Origin: Candidatus Saccharimonadota bacterium
GTDB taxonomy: Bacteria; Patescibacteriota; Saccharimonadia; Saccharimonadales; AQU-01
DNA: 64,000 nucleotides
Direction of reading: 5' to 3'
Assembly: GCA_018499905.2 (NCBI GenBank)
Contig: JAHBAU020000005.1
Span: 2,136-66,135 of the forward strand
Shown here: positions 37,754 to 47,033 of the stretch, piece by piece
How positions within the stretch are numbered: the stretch's first letter is position 1
Layout of the letters: every line of letters starts with the position of its first letter
The notes under the pieces: model-generated
The model's input: only the letters and a program-made list of their open reading frames with translations
Database searches by the model: none
What the model was told of the DNA's origin: nothing
Position numbers and translations under genes: made by a program

Positions 37754-38371
37754 ATGGCAATAAACCTTAGCGTTTTAACTGATACAATTTTCTCAATGCA
37801 TAAACTAAAGCGTTATTTATTTTTGAGCCAGGCCCACTTGTTTGGATGGCTTATTATGTCCAGTATCTTTGCATCGAGCGTGGTGTTCACTAATGGCGGG
37901 GTGAGTAACTACGGCAATCATTACACGACGGTGCCGTTTTTTACTTTGGCCTTTATTCTGGGTGCGTCGTACCTGTACCTGGCCGCCGAAACGCTGGTGC
38001 AGCTGAGCAAGCGGTTCAGGTTTTTATCGAGATATTTGGTGGTATTGTGCGGCATCATGCTGCTGGTGTATATCACCACTTTTCCGCGTCGCTTTGGCGA
38101 TGTGTATTCGGACATACATGACAATGTCAGCAAGTTTTTATTTATCTACGAACTGTTTTTAGCCACTTGGTTGGTGGCCAAGCATCACACGCTGCAATCA
38201 TTTGTGTTTTTGTTTATCATGATCGGCGGTTCGTTCATCGGCTTACTATCATCGCTGCATGTATTGCATTTGATGTTCGTTGGCCAAATGATCGGAGCTC
38301 TTGGCTTTGGCCTACTACTAGTTTACATATTGCCAAAAGTCATCGAATCACAACTGAAGAAGCACAGATAG
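37754..38371 (+). CDS. Hypothetical polytopic membrane protein (about 6 TM)
   Basis: 205-aa hydrophobic ORF. The start is uncertain (ATG 37754 or 37796). Confidence 0.55.
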   Translation: MAINLSVLTDTIFSMHKLKRYLFLSQAHLFGWLIMSSIFASSVVFTNGGVSNYGNHYTTVPFFTLAFILGASYLYLAAETLVQLSKRFRFLSRYLVVLCGIMLLVYITTFPRRFGDVYSDIHDNVSKFLFIYELFLATWLVAKHHTLQSFVFLFIMIGGSFIGLLSSLHVLHLMFVGQMIGALGFGLLLVYILPKVIESQLKKHR

Positions 38372-38397
38372 CAGAGGCGATTGGTAAATGTAAGGGT

Positions 38398-38883
38398 CTA
38401 GCCGACACTGTCTGAGCCTTCGAGGGAGGCGATCCACTCTTCACGGTCAAGCAAACCTCTATCAGTCAAAAAGATGCTGCTGCAGCACGAGCCGCCATTC
38501 GCAGAAGCACGCAGGTCTTCGGGATCGGTTGACCATTTCTGATCAACATACGCAGTGTGTTCGGTCGTGGCACTGTGCACATCGGGTTGTTGCCCATCTG
38601 ATATCTCCATTTCAACGTCCATCAGAAAAATGTCATAGCTATTTCGCTTCTGAAACATGATGCCAAGAAATCTTGTTGCAGCGGCATCACAATTTAACTT
38701 TTCCATACAGATTCGTTTTGCTGCTTGTTCTGGCAACTCGCCATCTTTCATCGTTGCAGCCGGAAAGCCCCAATGCCCGCCAAGATCCAGATCATCGTCT
38801 GGCCGCCTGACCACCAAGAACTCATCAGGTTTTTGCTTGTTTTTAAGAATCACCGCCACCACGTATTTTATTGCTTTACTCAT
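38398..38883 (-). CDS. NUDIX-fold protein (degenerate NUDIX box)
   Basis: GHWGFPAATMKDGELPEQAAKRICMEKLN, in the position expected for the NUDIX box. Confidence 0.6.
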   Translation of the reverse strand: MSKAIKYVVAVILKNKQKPDEFLVVRRPDDDLDLGGHWGFPAATMKDGELPEQAAKRICMEKLNCDAAATRFLGIMFQKRNSYDIFLMDVEMEISDGQQPDVHSATTEHTAYVDQKWSTDPEDLRASANGGSCCSSIFLTDRGLLDREEWIASLEGSDSVG

Positions 38884-38941
38884 GGGTACATCATAGCAAA
38901 CAACAGTTGTGAGACTTGATTGTTACACTCGCCCATATTTA

Positions 38942-39601
38942 TTACTGTCGGGGCTGAACAATATAAGGCTCGCTGCCTACGACCTCTATTTTTTCGTCAT
39001 GTACGATGATAGCCGAGTCGTCCTTTAGCCCGTACACCGGAAAATCCAGACCTTGTGATGATTTGCGTAGTACATCCTCTCGGCGTTTTGGCTGGTCAGA
39101 TGAATCCATATGCGGACGAATAGCTAGATTCACGAGTTCCATATACTCATTTGTGCCAAAATCTTTTTCTTTGCCAAAAGCCTCCTGATAATCAATAGAA
39201 GCTGGACGCCTGCCCATAACGACCGAGCCGGCGCTGCTGCCAACATACACCTTTGTTTCTAATAACTTAATGAGCAACTTATCAAAACCGGTTTTCTTGT
39301 AGACGTGCATTAAATAGTCGGTATTCCCACCAACGACAAATATGACATCACACTTTGCTATGCGAGCCTCGACTTCTTCAATTGGCAGCGCTAGTAAATC
39401 GACAATATCAAAAGGGCCAGGGAAGTTATCCGCAGCACTGTTTAAATTATGCAATACCCAGCGTTTGTCGCCGTTCTCTGGTGCAAACGCTTCATTGATA
39501 ACGGCTATAGCAATTTCTTCTTTTGGCTTGCCAACTAAATCAACACAAGCCTGAACAGTATTGGGTGTATGAAAGCCCTCCGAACAAAGTAGTAGTTTCA
39601 T
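38942..39601 (-). CDS. Peptidase S51 (dipeptidase E-like) family protein
   Basis: MKLLLCSEGF, VGGNTDYLM, and nucleophile context VGSSAGSVVMG. Confidence 0.8.
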   Translation of the reverse strand: MKLLLCSEGFHTPNTVQACVDLVGKPKEEIAIAVINEAFAPENGDKRWVLHNLNSAADNFPGPFDIVDLLALPIEEVEARIAKCDVIFVVGGNTDYLMHVYKKTGFDKLLIKLLETKVYVGSSAGSVVMGRRPASIDYQEAFGKEKDFGTNEYMELVNLAIRPHMDSSDQPKRREDVLRKSSQGLDFPVYGLKDDSAIIVHDEKIEVVGSEPYIVQPRQ

Positions 39602-39690
39602 AACATCATCATAGCAAACTGCTCCAATAGGGGCTTCTTAGATTGCCAGAACAAGTAGTCTGGGCTTCAGGACTTACAATAGGCTGCTAA

Positions 39691-40209
39691 CTAGATCGCC
39701 GCGATTAGGGCCTTGGCAACTTGTTCAATCGGTCTGGTGGCGTCGATAGTGTGTGCGCCGATTTTCTTGTAGTAATCTTTTGAGGACCTTTGCCATTCCA
39801 TCAGTGTTTTTAGCTCATGCGGGCTCTGGCCGAAACCTTCAGAGCCTCTATTTTTTATGCGTTCAATAAGAGTATTTTCATCAATGACTAAAGCAAATAC
39901 TCTGTCAAAAACATCAATATACTCGTCTTCGTTTGAAGCTACACCGCACACAAAAATCGGTTTGCTTTGAGCTCTTTCTTTTAGCTCAAGCAACCCATCT
40001 CGTGACATTTTCCAAGTATGCTCCGAACGCCATTTGGGTGTGCGATCAGCAGCCAACAAAGGACGATTAACCTTTTTACCAGATACATTGTTATAAAAGG
40101 CACTGAGCGTATCATCGCCTTCGTGTGCTTCATGACCAAGCTCAAGAAGCGTTTTGCAGATAGCAGACTTGCCCGAACCCGCGACGCCAGTGATGTAGAT
40201 AAGCCCCAT
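39691..40209 (-). CDS. P-loop NTPase/small-molecule kinase-like protein
   Basis: Walker A GVAGSGKS directly after the start MGLIYIT. About 170 aa, AAA_18/AAA_33-like size. Confidence 0.7.
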   Translation of the reverse strand: MGLIYITGVAGSGKSAICKTLLELGHEAHEGDDTLSAFYNNVSGKKVNRPLLAADRTPKWRSEHTWKMSRDGLLELKERAQSKPIFVCGVASNEDEYIDVFDRVFALVIDENTLIERIKNRGSEGFGQSPHELKTLMEWQRSSKDYYKKIGAHTIDATRPIEQVAKALIAAI

Positions 40210-40271
40210 AAGCCTAATCTTAACAAACAATAAGAAATCTGTTGATTGAAGTGGCAACAAAACCGAAGTGA

Positions 40272-40814
40272 TTAGTTCAAAATCTCATGTAAAAGATCAG
40301 GAAATTCAGTCAGTGGCGAGCCGTTCTGTTGCCTAGTAAAGTGCCCACGATCATTATAAGTTAGAACTTTAGCATTCAGGCCTGCGGCATTTTCAAGGGC
40401 AGCTTGATACGGCACCCATTGATCATCCTCGGAGTGTAATAGTCTAAAATCTTGGCAATTAGAACGAATGGTATCAAAATCGAATGGCCCTGAATAAAAG
40501 TCTCCACCGGCATCATCGGCAATCAAAGCGCTGTTAGTGGCGACTAATATAGCTTTGGAAATAGCGCGCCCCGGTGTCTCCAGCCAACGTAAGATAGCCA
40601 TACCACCCCTGGAATGACCAACCAGAATCGTTTCTTTGTCAGGATGTAAGTTGTCGATAGCCTCTAGCCACTCACGAATTTTAGGAACCGTTTCGTGGTT
40701 TATATCTGGAATGATGCATCGAACCCCGCGTTTAGCCAACTCGGACGATATCCACGGATACCACAGATCACGAGAGGTACGGTCTTTGCCATGGATCAAT
40801 ACAACTTGCTTCAT
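40272..40814 (-). CDS. Alpha/beta hydrolase, YdeN/RBBP9-like (second copy)
   Basis: VLIHGKDRTSRDLWYPW and GHSRGG. Same architecture as 27392..27946. Confidence 0.7.
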   Translation of the reverse strand: MKQVVLIHGKDRTSRDLWYPWISSELAKRGVRCIIPDINHETVPKIREWLEAIDNLHPDKETILVGHSRGGMAILRWLETPGRAISKAILVATNSALIADDAGGDFYSGPFDFDTIRSNCQDFRLLHSEDDQWVPYQAALENAAGLNAKVLTYNDRGHFTRQQNGSPLTEFPDLLHEILN

Positions 40815-40896
40815 GCCAACATCATAGCAAATCAATATGGCTGGCTTGTCGCTTTCGAATTACCCTAAATACACTCGCGCAGAAGCGACGCAAACT

Positions 40897-41313
40897 TCAA
40901 TCGTAGTATCTACATGCTTCAGTTGCGCCAACAACAGCGCCGGCGCTGACTACAAAGGCCAGGGCCATCATAATATAATCGGCTGTCTCATTCGGATAAA
41001 AGATAACTTTGCCCTCTTCGCGCTCTTCTTCGATGTCTGCTCTTGTTGCGTCAAAATCCGGCAAGTAGTCACTGGTATGTGCCATCACGATCTCGCCGCA
41101 CTTTAGATCAATCGCGCCGTCTTCATGCACCGTTTTCTCTAGTATCGAGGGCTCGCGCTCACAGGCGGCGACCAGGCTCAGCTGGTCTGTAGCAACCAGG
41201 TCGGGGTTTTCGCGTGCATCAGTGGTTCTGGCCCAGCCGGTAAGCATTAGGCAGCCATAAGTCACAATAACGCCCGCTCCAGCCGCAAAGCCATATCCTT
41301 GTAGACGATTCAT
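40897..41313 (-). CDS. Hypothetical 2-TM membrane protein
   Basis: 138-aa ORF with TM helices at both ends and an acidic middle. Confidence 0.45.
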   Translation of the reverse strand: MNRLQGYGFAAGAGVIVTYGCLMLTGWARTTDARENPDLVATDQLSLVAACEREPSILEKTVHEDGAIDLKCGEIVMAHTSDYLPDFDATRADIEEEREEGKVIFYPNETADYIMMALAFVVSAGAVVGATEACRYYD

Positions 41314-41399
41314 GGGAAGCCAATGTAAAGATATATAGGCAACATGTCAACATAGTTACATAAATAGTTTGTTGGTCCTGTCGGTACTATCAAATCGTT

Positions 41400-41867
41400 T
41401 TACGAATCAATTTTACTGAGCTTTTCCATCACTCTAATGTATGTTTCTAGTTCTTCTTTTGTAATTTGTGAATATATTGAGTCGCGGAGCTTACTTCGTA
41501 ATACTTCTTCAATTTTCTTCACTTGTTTTTGATAGCTCGGATTAAGAGCCACAAAACTCGATCTTGCGTCTTCTGCGTTGGCTCGGCGGGTGATAATGCG
41601 TTTTGCTTCAAGCAGTTTTAAGGCTTTCGTTAAAAATCCTAACGTTGTACCTAAATTTTTAGCCAGGTCGGTGGTTCTAATACCGGTCTTGCCGGTATCG
41701 GCAACAATGCCAACAATGTACCATTCCATGCCAGTCAGGCCGTAAGCGCTTAGCTGCTTATCCTTATATTGGCGAAGGGCACGATGGGCAGCAGACTCTA
41801 GTGCACCAACTTGGTAGGTGGTGATATCAGCAAGTCCTTTACTTTTCGGAAAGATTTCATTTGACAT
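41400..41867 (-). CDS. MarR family transcriptional regulator
   Basis: GLTGMEWYIVGIVADTGKTGIRTTDLAKNLGTTLGFLTKALKLLEAKRIITRR. Confidence 0.85.
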   Translation of the reverse strand: MSNEIFPKSKGLADITTYQVGALESAAHRALRQYKDKQLSAYGLTGMEWYIVGIVADTGKTGIRTTDLAKNLGTTLGFLTKALKLLEAKRIITRRANAEDARSSFVALNPSYQKQVKKIEEVLRSKLRDSIYSQITKEELETYIRVMEKLSKIDS

Positions 41868-41898
41868 GGGTATTACAGGTATTATACTATCAATAATA

Positions 41899-41918
41899 GT
41901 TTACTAAGTCAAGTAAAC
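41899..41918. promoter_or_regulatory. Palindrome in the marR/fasciclin divergent region (candidate MarR operator)
   Basis: GTTTACT-AAGTCA-AGTAAAC. Confidence 0.4.
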
Positions 41919-41952
41919 ATAATAGGTACGCAAGGTAACTTGCAAGGAGGAA

Positions 41953-42591
41953 ATGATGGCAGAGACAAATAAAGTAGGCGCAGCCGTTATGACACTGGTC
42001 ATTGGGGCGCTTGTAGGCGGCGGGATAGGCTATGCAGCCGGAAATAGCAGTACGGATTCAACCAAATCATCAGAGACTTCAATGATGAATGAATCTTCGG
42101 GTAACTCAGATGGTGTGACAGTTGGCGGCGCCAAAATGGTCGCTAACCTAGACATTGTCGATAACGCAGCAAACGCTAAAAACGTATCGACGGTAGTTGG
42201 GCTCGTTCAGCAGGCAAATCTTGTTGACACACTAAAAGGCACTGGCCCGTTCACGGTGTTCGGTCCAAACAATGGAGCCTTTGATGCTGTCCCCAAGGAT
42301 ATTTTAGATAAAGTAGCCAGCAGCAATGATCTTTTGACGACTGTGCTTACCTATCATGTAGTACCGGGTACCTATACGAGTGCCGATCTTCGGGCAATGG
42401 CATCCAAGGGCGAGATGGTTAAAACCGTTCAAGGCGGTATGTTGAGCTTTAAGGTCATGGACAACAAAGTGTATGTTGTTGATGCCACGGGCCAACAAGT
42501 TGAAGTTGAGACAGCGGATGTTGTTTCAAGCAACGGTGTAACACATGTCATTAAGAATGTCTTACTACCCGTAGACCCTAGCACACTGTAA
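41953..42591 (+). CDS. Membrane-anchored fasciclin (FAS1) domain protein
   Basis: AGGAGG RBS, N-terminal TM, FAS1 motifs FTVFGPNNGAF and VLTYHVV. Confidence 0.8.
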   Translation: MMAETNKVGAAVMTLVIGALVGGGIGYAAGNSSTDSTKSSETSMMNESSGNSDGVTVGGAKMVANLDIVDNAANAKNVSTVVGLVQQANLVDTLKGTGPFTVFGPNNGAFDAVPKDILDKVASSNDLLTTVLTYHVVPGTYTSADLRAMASKGEMVKTVQGGMLSFKVMDNKVYVVDATGQQVEVETADVVSSNGVTHVIKNVLLPVDPSTL

Positions 42592-42605
42592 ATTCATTTC
42601 ATAAC

Positions 42606-42641
42606 GTCTGATCATGTAGTCGCAGGGCTGCATGATCAGAC
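42606..42641 (+). promoter_or_regulatory. 11-bp perfect hairpin between the fasciclin and dipZ-like genes
   Basis: GTCTGATCATG, 14-nt loop, CATGATCAGAC. No T-run. It ends 15 nt before the 42657 ATG. Confidence 0.6.
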
Positions 42642-42656
42642 ACAAAGAGGGGCACC

Positions 42657-44354
42657 ATGTTATTACTTTTAGGATCATTTATTGCTGGCATGCTCACTGT
42701 GCTTGCTCCTTGTGTGTTGGCCCTCTTACCAATCATTATTGGCGGTTCGGTGAGCGGCGACACAAAAGACAAAAAGCGGCCGCTTATTATTGCAGCTTCG
42801 TTAGCCGTGTCGTTACTAGTGTTTACACTCGCTTTAAAAGCGACTACATTGCTGATTGATATACCACCAACAACTTTTACGTATCTATCGGGCGCCATTA
42901 TTATCGGGCTAGGTTTATTGACTTTATTTCCTTCGGTTTACGCACGGCTGATTGCCAAGCTTGGTATTGAACAACGTGCCCAAACAACGCTGAGTAAAGG
43001 CTACCGTGACCAACGGAAATACCTTGGTCCAATTATTATTGGTGCTGCGCTCGGGCCGGTATTTTCTAGCTGCAGCCCGGTGTATGCATATATTATCGCA
43101 ACGGTATTACCAGTCAGTTTTGCAGAGGGCCTTTCACTTATTATCGCCTACATTCTGGGCTTAAGCCTCGTACTGCTACTCATTGGGTATTATGGACAGC
43201 GCTTTGTATCGAGGATTCGCTTTGCCAGTAATCCAAAAGGCTGGTTTCAGCGTAGCTTGGCAATTTTGTTTATCGTCGTTGGCTTACTCATACTTACCGG
43301 CTATGACAAGCGATTCCAAACATTTGTGTCAACGCACACGCCATTTAATTTTGACAGTCTAAGCAGCAAATTATTGCCGGATGGACGTGACAAAAAAGAC
43401 GGGGTGCTAAACGTTGAACCATACGCGGCGCCCGAGTTTGTTGGGCTGGATGATTGGATCAACAGTGAGCCTTTGACCAAAGAAGATTTGAAAGGCAAGG
43501 TGGTTTTGGTCGATTTTTGGACCTATAGCTGCATTAACTGTATCCGCAACAATCCGTACCTGATTGATTGGTATAACAAATATAAAGACAAAGGCTTTGT
43601 AGTTGTTGGCGTTCATGCGCCCGAGTTTGCGTTTGAAAAAATAAAAGCCAATGTGGAAAAAGCGGCTCGCGACCAAAAGCTGCCTTATCCGATTGCACTC
43701 GATAATAATTTTAAAACCTGGGCGGCATTCAAGAACCGATCATGGCCGGCTGGCTATCTACTCGACGCCGACGGCAACGTAAGGCGGGTGCATGAGGGAG
43801 AGGGAGAATACGAGGAAACCGAGCAAGCAATCCGCATGTTGCTAGAAGAAGCAGGAGCGGATCTTCGTGGCACAAAACAGAACGTTACGAGTTCCAATCT
43901 GCCTATATCGGCAGAGCAGACGCCAGAGACCTATCTTGGCGCTACGCGTGCAAGCAATTTTCAAAATGACAAAGGCTTGGCCGCTGCGCCCGTGCAAACC
44001 TTTACGCCAGCCAAAAACATTGGCAAGAATATGTGGACACTTGGTGGTACGTGGGAAGTAAAAGACAAAATGATTATAGCCCGCGGCAATAGTATTCTGC
44101 AGTTTCACATTGCTGCCAAAGAGGCTTACGTAGTTATGGGTTCATCAACACCCAAAGATGTGAGCATACTGGTCAATGGGCGGCCCGCCAGCATGCAAGG
44201 TGTGGCCGGAGCTGACGTCAATCAAAGCAAGGTACCCGTTGGTGAATACCGGCTGTATAAACTGATTGATTTTAAAACATTTCGAGACGATGCAGTCATT
44301 GAGCTGCAGGTACCCGACGGGGTAGAACTAAACGCATTTACATTTGGAAGTTAA
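42657..44354 (+). CDS. DipZ-like fusion: CcdA/DsbD transmembrane domain plus TlpA-like thioredoxin domain plus C-terminal beta domain
   Basis: N-terminus paralogous to 18973..19713 (LAPCVLALLP, SCSPVY). Thioredoxin site WTYSCINCIR. Confidence 0.8.
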   Translation: MLLLLGSFIAGMLTVLAPCVLALLPIIIGGSVSGDTKDKKRPLIIAASLAVSLLVFTLALKATTLLIDIPPTTFTYLSGAIIIGLGLLTLFPSVYARLIAKLGIEQRAQTTLSKGYRDQRKYLGPIIIGAALGPVFSSCSPVYAYIIATVLPVSFAEGLSLIIAYILGLSLVLLLIGYYGQRFVSRIRFASNPKGWFQRSLAILFIVVGLLILTGYDKRFQTFVSTHTPFNFDSLSSKLLPDGRDKKDGVLNVEPYAAPEFVGLDDWINSEPLTKEDLKGKVVLVDFWTYSCINCIRNNPYLIDWYNKYKDKGFVVVGVHAPEFAFEKIKANVEKAARDQKLPYPIALDNNFKTWAAFKNRSWPAGYLLDADGNVRRVHEGEGEYEETEQAIRMLLEEAGADLRGTKQNVTSSNLPISAEQTPETYLGATRASNFQNDKGLAAAPVQTFTPAKNIGKNMWTLGGTWEVKDKMIIARGNSILQFHIAAKEAYVVMGSSTPKDVSILVNGRPASMQGVAGADVNQSKVPVGEYRLYKLIDFKTFRDDAVIELQVPDGVELNAFTFGS

Positions 44355-44364
44355 AGGAGTCACT

Positions 44365-44613
44365 ATGAATATAACAATTTACTCAACATCAAGCTGCGCA
44401 ACCTGCCATGTGGTAACTGACTGGTTGGATAAGCACAAAATGGCATATACCAAAAAGAACACTGACGAAGATAGTGCTGCTATGATGGAGTTTATGAACG
44501 TCAATGATGGATTTGTAGGAGTGCCATTTACAGTCATTACGACAGACGACGGTCAAACGACAAAAATTCCCGGCTTTGATCAAAAGAAGCTAAAACAAGC
44601 ATTAGGAATATAA
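44365..44613 (+). CDS. Glutaredoxin-like protein (NrdH-type)
   Basis: AAAGGAG RBS. MNITIYSTSSCATCH with a CxxC redox site, about 82 aa. Confidence 0.75.
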   Translation: MNITIYSTSSCATCHVVTDWLDKHKMAYTKKNTDEDSAAMMEFMNVNDGFVGVPFTVITTDDGQTTKIPGFDQKKLKQALGI

Positions 44614-44638
44614 GCAAAGCAATCTTTATACTACCTCC

Positions 44639-45277
44639 ATGAGTTTTCGTATTGCTGGATCGCTACTTTGGGTAAGTTCTTTGCAGTACTTTGTGGTCCA
44701 GATAATTGCTGCTGCCGCATTTGAAGGTGGCTTTAGCATTGCATCAAACACCATTAGCGACCTGGGCAACTCGGTTTGCGGACTGTATGGGGATAGGTAT
44801 GTCTGCTCGCCGCTGCATCCGCTCATGAATGCTTCTTTTATATTGGTTGGCACCACGCAGTTACTTGGCGCGGCCTTGCTGTACAAATCCATGAAGAGTA
44901 GTCGGCTGAGGCTATTTGGCTTTGGCAGCATGGTTTTGGCGGGTGTGGGAACAATAGTGGTGGGTATATTTCCAGAAAATACTATTGGCACATTACACGT
45001 TATTGGCGCAGCATTGCCGTTTGTGTTTGGGAATCTGTCGATGATAGCACTTGGCAGCCAACTAAAGCTACCGCGCTGGCTTAAAACCTATAGCTATGTC
45101 AGCGGCATTCTTGGGCTGCTGGCTCTTGTGTTGTTTCTCTTGAAGATGTACCCGGGGATCGGGCAGGGCGGTATGGAGCGGATTGTCGCCTACCCTCAAA
45201 CAATGTGGATGGTAGTTGTCGGATTGAATTATCTTTATCATAAAAAGACCCGGGGAGCAGCAACAGGGCGTGGATAG
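44639..45277 (+). CDS. DUF998-like polytopic membrane protein
   Basis: 212 aa, 6 TM, with an ISDLG-type motif (NTISDLGNSVCG) typical of DUF998. Confidence 0.55.
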   Translation: MSFRIAGSLLWVSSLQYFVVQIIAAAAFEGGFSIASNTISDLGNSVCGLYGDRYVCSPLHPLMNASFILVGTTQLLGAALLYKSMKSSRLRLFGFGSMVLAGVGTIVVGIFPENTIGTLHVIGAALPFVFGNLSMIALGSQLKLPRWLKTYSYVSGILGLLALVLFLLKMYPGIGQGGMERIVAYPQTMWMVVVGLNYLYHKKTRGAATGRG

Positions 45278-45302
45278 GGCTCCGAAGAAGATTCGTCGGC
45301 AC

Positions 45303-45698
45303 TTACTGAATTAAGGGAAGCACGTCTTCTTCTGCAGCCTGCTCTAAAATAGCTTGGTCCTCTGCGCCAAAGGTGACGCTTGGGTCATCGGTGATGATCT
45401 CAATATTAGCGACTACCTTACCAGCCTTTTTGACCGGCACCACAATAATCGAAGATATGAGGTGTCCATGAAACTCCACATCCATATGGTTGGCTATCTC
45501 GGCAATTCCCGTAACAGCTACTCGGCCGTTTCTATTCTTGTCTGGCGTGTTTTCTAGTGGATTAACTAGGTCTATCCATACTTGCGGCATGTTATAACTT
45601 GCACTGCACCGCAAAACTTTATCCTTTTCGTCAACAACCATAATCGCGCCAGATGACGCACCGAGTTGTTTGACCAGTTTCATGATTAATTCTTCCAT
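45303..45698 (-). CDS. GAF domain-like small protein
   Basis: 131 aa. The pattern GAIMVVDEKDKVLRCSASYN...VVPVKKAGKVVANIEI fits a GAF fold. Confidence 0.5.
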   Translation of the reverse strand: MEELIMKLVKQLGASSGAIMVVDEKDKVLRCSASYNMPQVWIDLVNPLENTPDKNRNGRVAVTGIAEIANHMDVEFHGHLISSIIVVPVKKAGKVVANIEIITDDPSVTFGAEDQAILEQAAEEDVLPLIQ

Positions 45699-45776
45699 TG
45701 CCTTTTAGTGTAGCAAACAAATTTCCTTCCAGGATCTGAAACGTCTTTTAGCAGTACATAGCTTCGCAGCGGAACT

Positions 45777-46745
45777 CTAATGAGACAGGGTGTCTCTAAA
45801 CACCTGCATTTGATCTGCAGTACCTACACTTACTCGTACATAAGTCTTGTCCAAGCCACAGTTGCTCGCGCCATTTCCATGATTGACCCTAATGTCTGCC
45901 TGTTCTAATTTTTCGACAAAAGAAGTCGCACCAGACTCGTCGGCAAACCTTAGGAGTACGGCATTAATGTGGCATGGTATGACTTGATATCCGAGTTGGG
46001 CTAAATAACTTTCAGTTTTCTGCCGCTCACTGATTATCGACTCCCGCATTTTCATAAAATAATCTTCATGGTTAAGCGCCGTGACAGCGGCACCGACAGA
46101 AGTATAAGCAACATTGAACCAGGTAGACTCAAGTGTAATTTGCTCCAATACCTCAGGATGAGCAACAATGTACCCAATTCTGAATCCGGCAAGGGCATAG
46201 CCCTTTGAAAAACTCCGAAGAACAATCAAATTCTTATTATTGGCAACATCACCAATTACCGAGTCGTCAAAAAAGTCACCGTATGCCTCATCAATAACAA
46301 TCTTGGCGTTTGGATTATTGGCCACTAAATCCAAAATTGTTTCTCGTTTTGTCACGCCAGCTGGATTGTTAGGATTTGCAAGGAAAATCAGTGAGGCGCC
46401 ATCAATCTTAGATGTTGATATTGAGTATGTACTATCTTCTAATGACTGATGCTCAGTGAATTTACCCCCAAGTTTCTTGGCATCGGTATAGCAAATATAT
46501 GTTGGGGTAAAAACATGAGTATCACTACCGAAAGTGGCACAGAGCAGCGTAATGGCTTGATCTGCCCCCGCCGTCAAATACACGCTATCCATTGACACCC
46601 CGTGTTTGTCAGCAATCTTTTGTCGCAGCTCTTCTGGTTGGTGAAAGTAAGAATTACTAGCTGTTGCGTATGCAGCAAGACCGCCGGCAATAAAGTCAGG
46701 CAGTTTATCTTTAATAGTTGTGAAACTCAAATCAATTGCTGGCAT
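45777..46745 (-). CDS. Class I/II pyridoxal-phosphate aminotransferase (histidinol-phosphate aminotransferase-like)
   Basis: PLP-lysine context RSFSKGYALAGFRIGY and NPNNPAG. Confidence 0.8.
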   Translation of the reverse strand: MPAIDLSFTTIKDKLPDFIAGGLAAYATASNSYFHQPEELRQKIADKHGVSMDSVYLTAGADQAITLLCATFGSDTHVFTPTYICYTDAKKLGGKFTEHQSLEDSTYSISTSKIDGASLIFLANPNNPAGVTKRETILDLVANNPNAKIVIDEAYGDFFDDSVIGDVANNKNLIVLRSFSKGYALAGFRIGYIVAHPEVLEQITLESTWFNVAYTSVGAAVTALNHEDYFMKMRESIISERQKTESYLAQLGYQVIPCHINAVLLRFADESGATSFVEKLEQADIRVNHGNGASNCGLDKTYVRVSVGTADQMQVFRDTLSH

Positions 46746-46808
46746 GCAGTTATCATATCAAAGAATATGAAGGTGGCTTCTGGCTCAAGATGGTATTTTA
46801 TCTATGCT

Positions 46809-46827
46809 TGGTAGCCATCGATAGAAC
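46809..46827. repeat. Putative attL (core TGGTAGC plus element-side arm CAT-CGATAGAA)
   Basis: Read directly from the sequence. The arm is the exact inverse of 53252-53259. Confidence 0.65.
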
Positions 46828-47033
46828 GACTTGGAACTCAATCAAGGCAGAACTCATTATCATGTGGCAGATAGTATCTGATTATCAGAAGTTATACATC
46901 AAGTAGTCTTAAGCGGCTTTAACAGAACCAGAGGTAGTAACTATAGACATAAGATTGTATTACTGTAAATAATATTGCTTATGGTTTGAAGTACAGTTCT
47001 TTTGCAGTAGTATCAATACAGAGGTAAAAGTTT

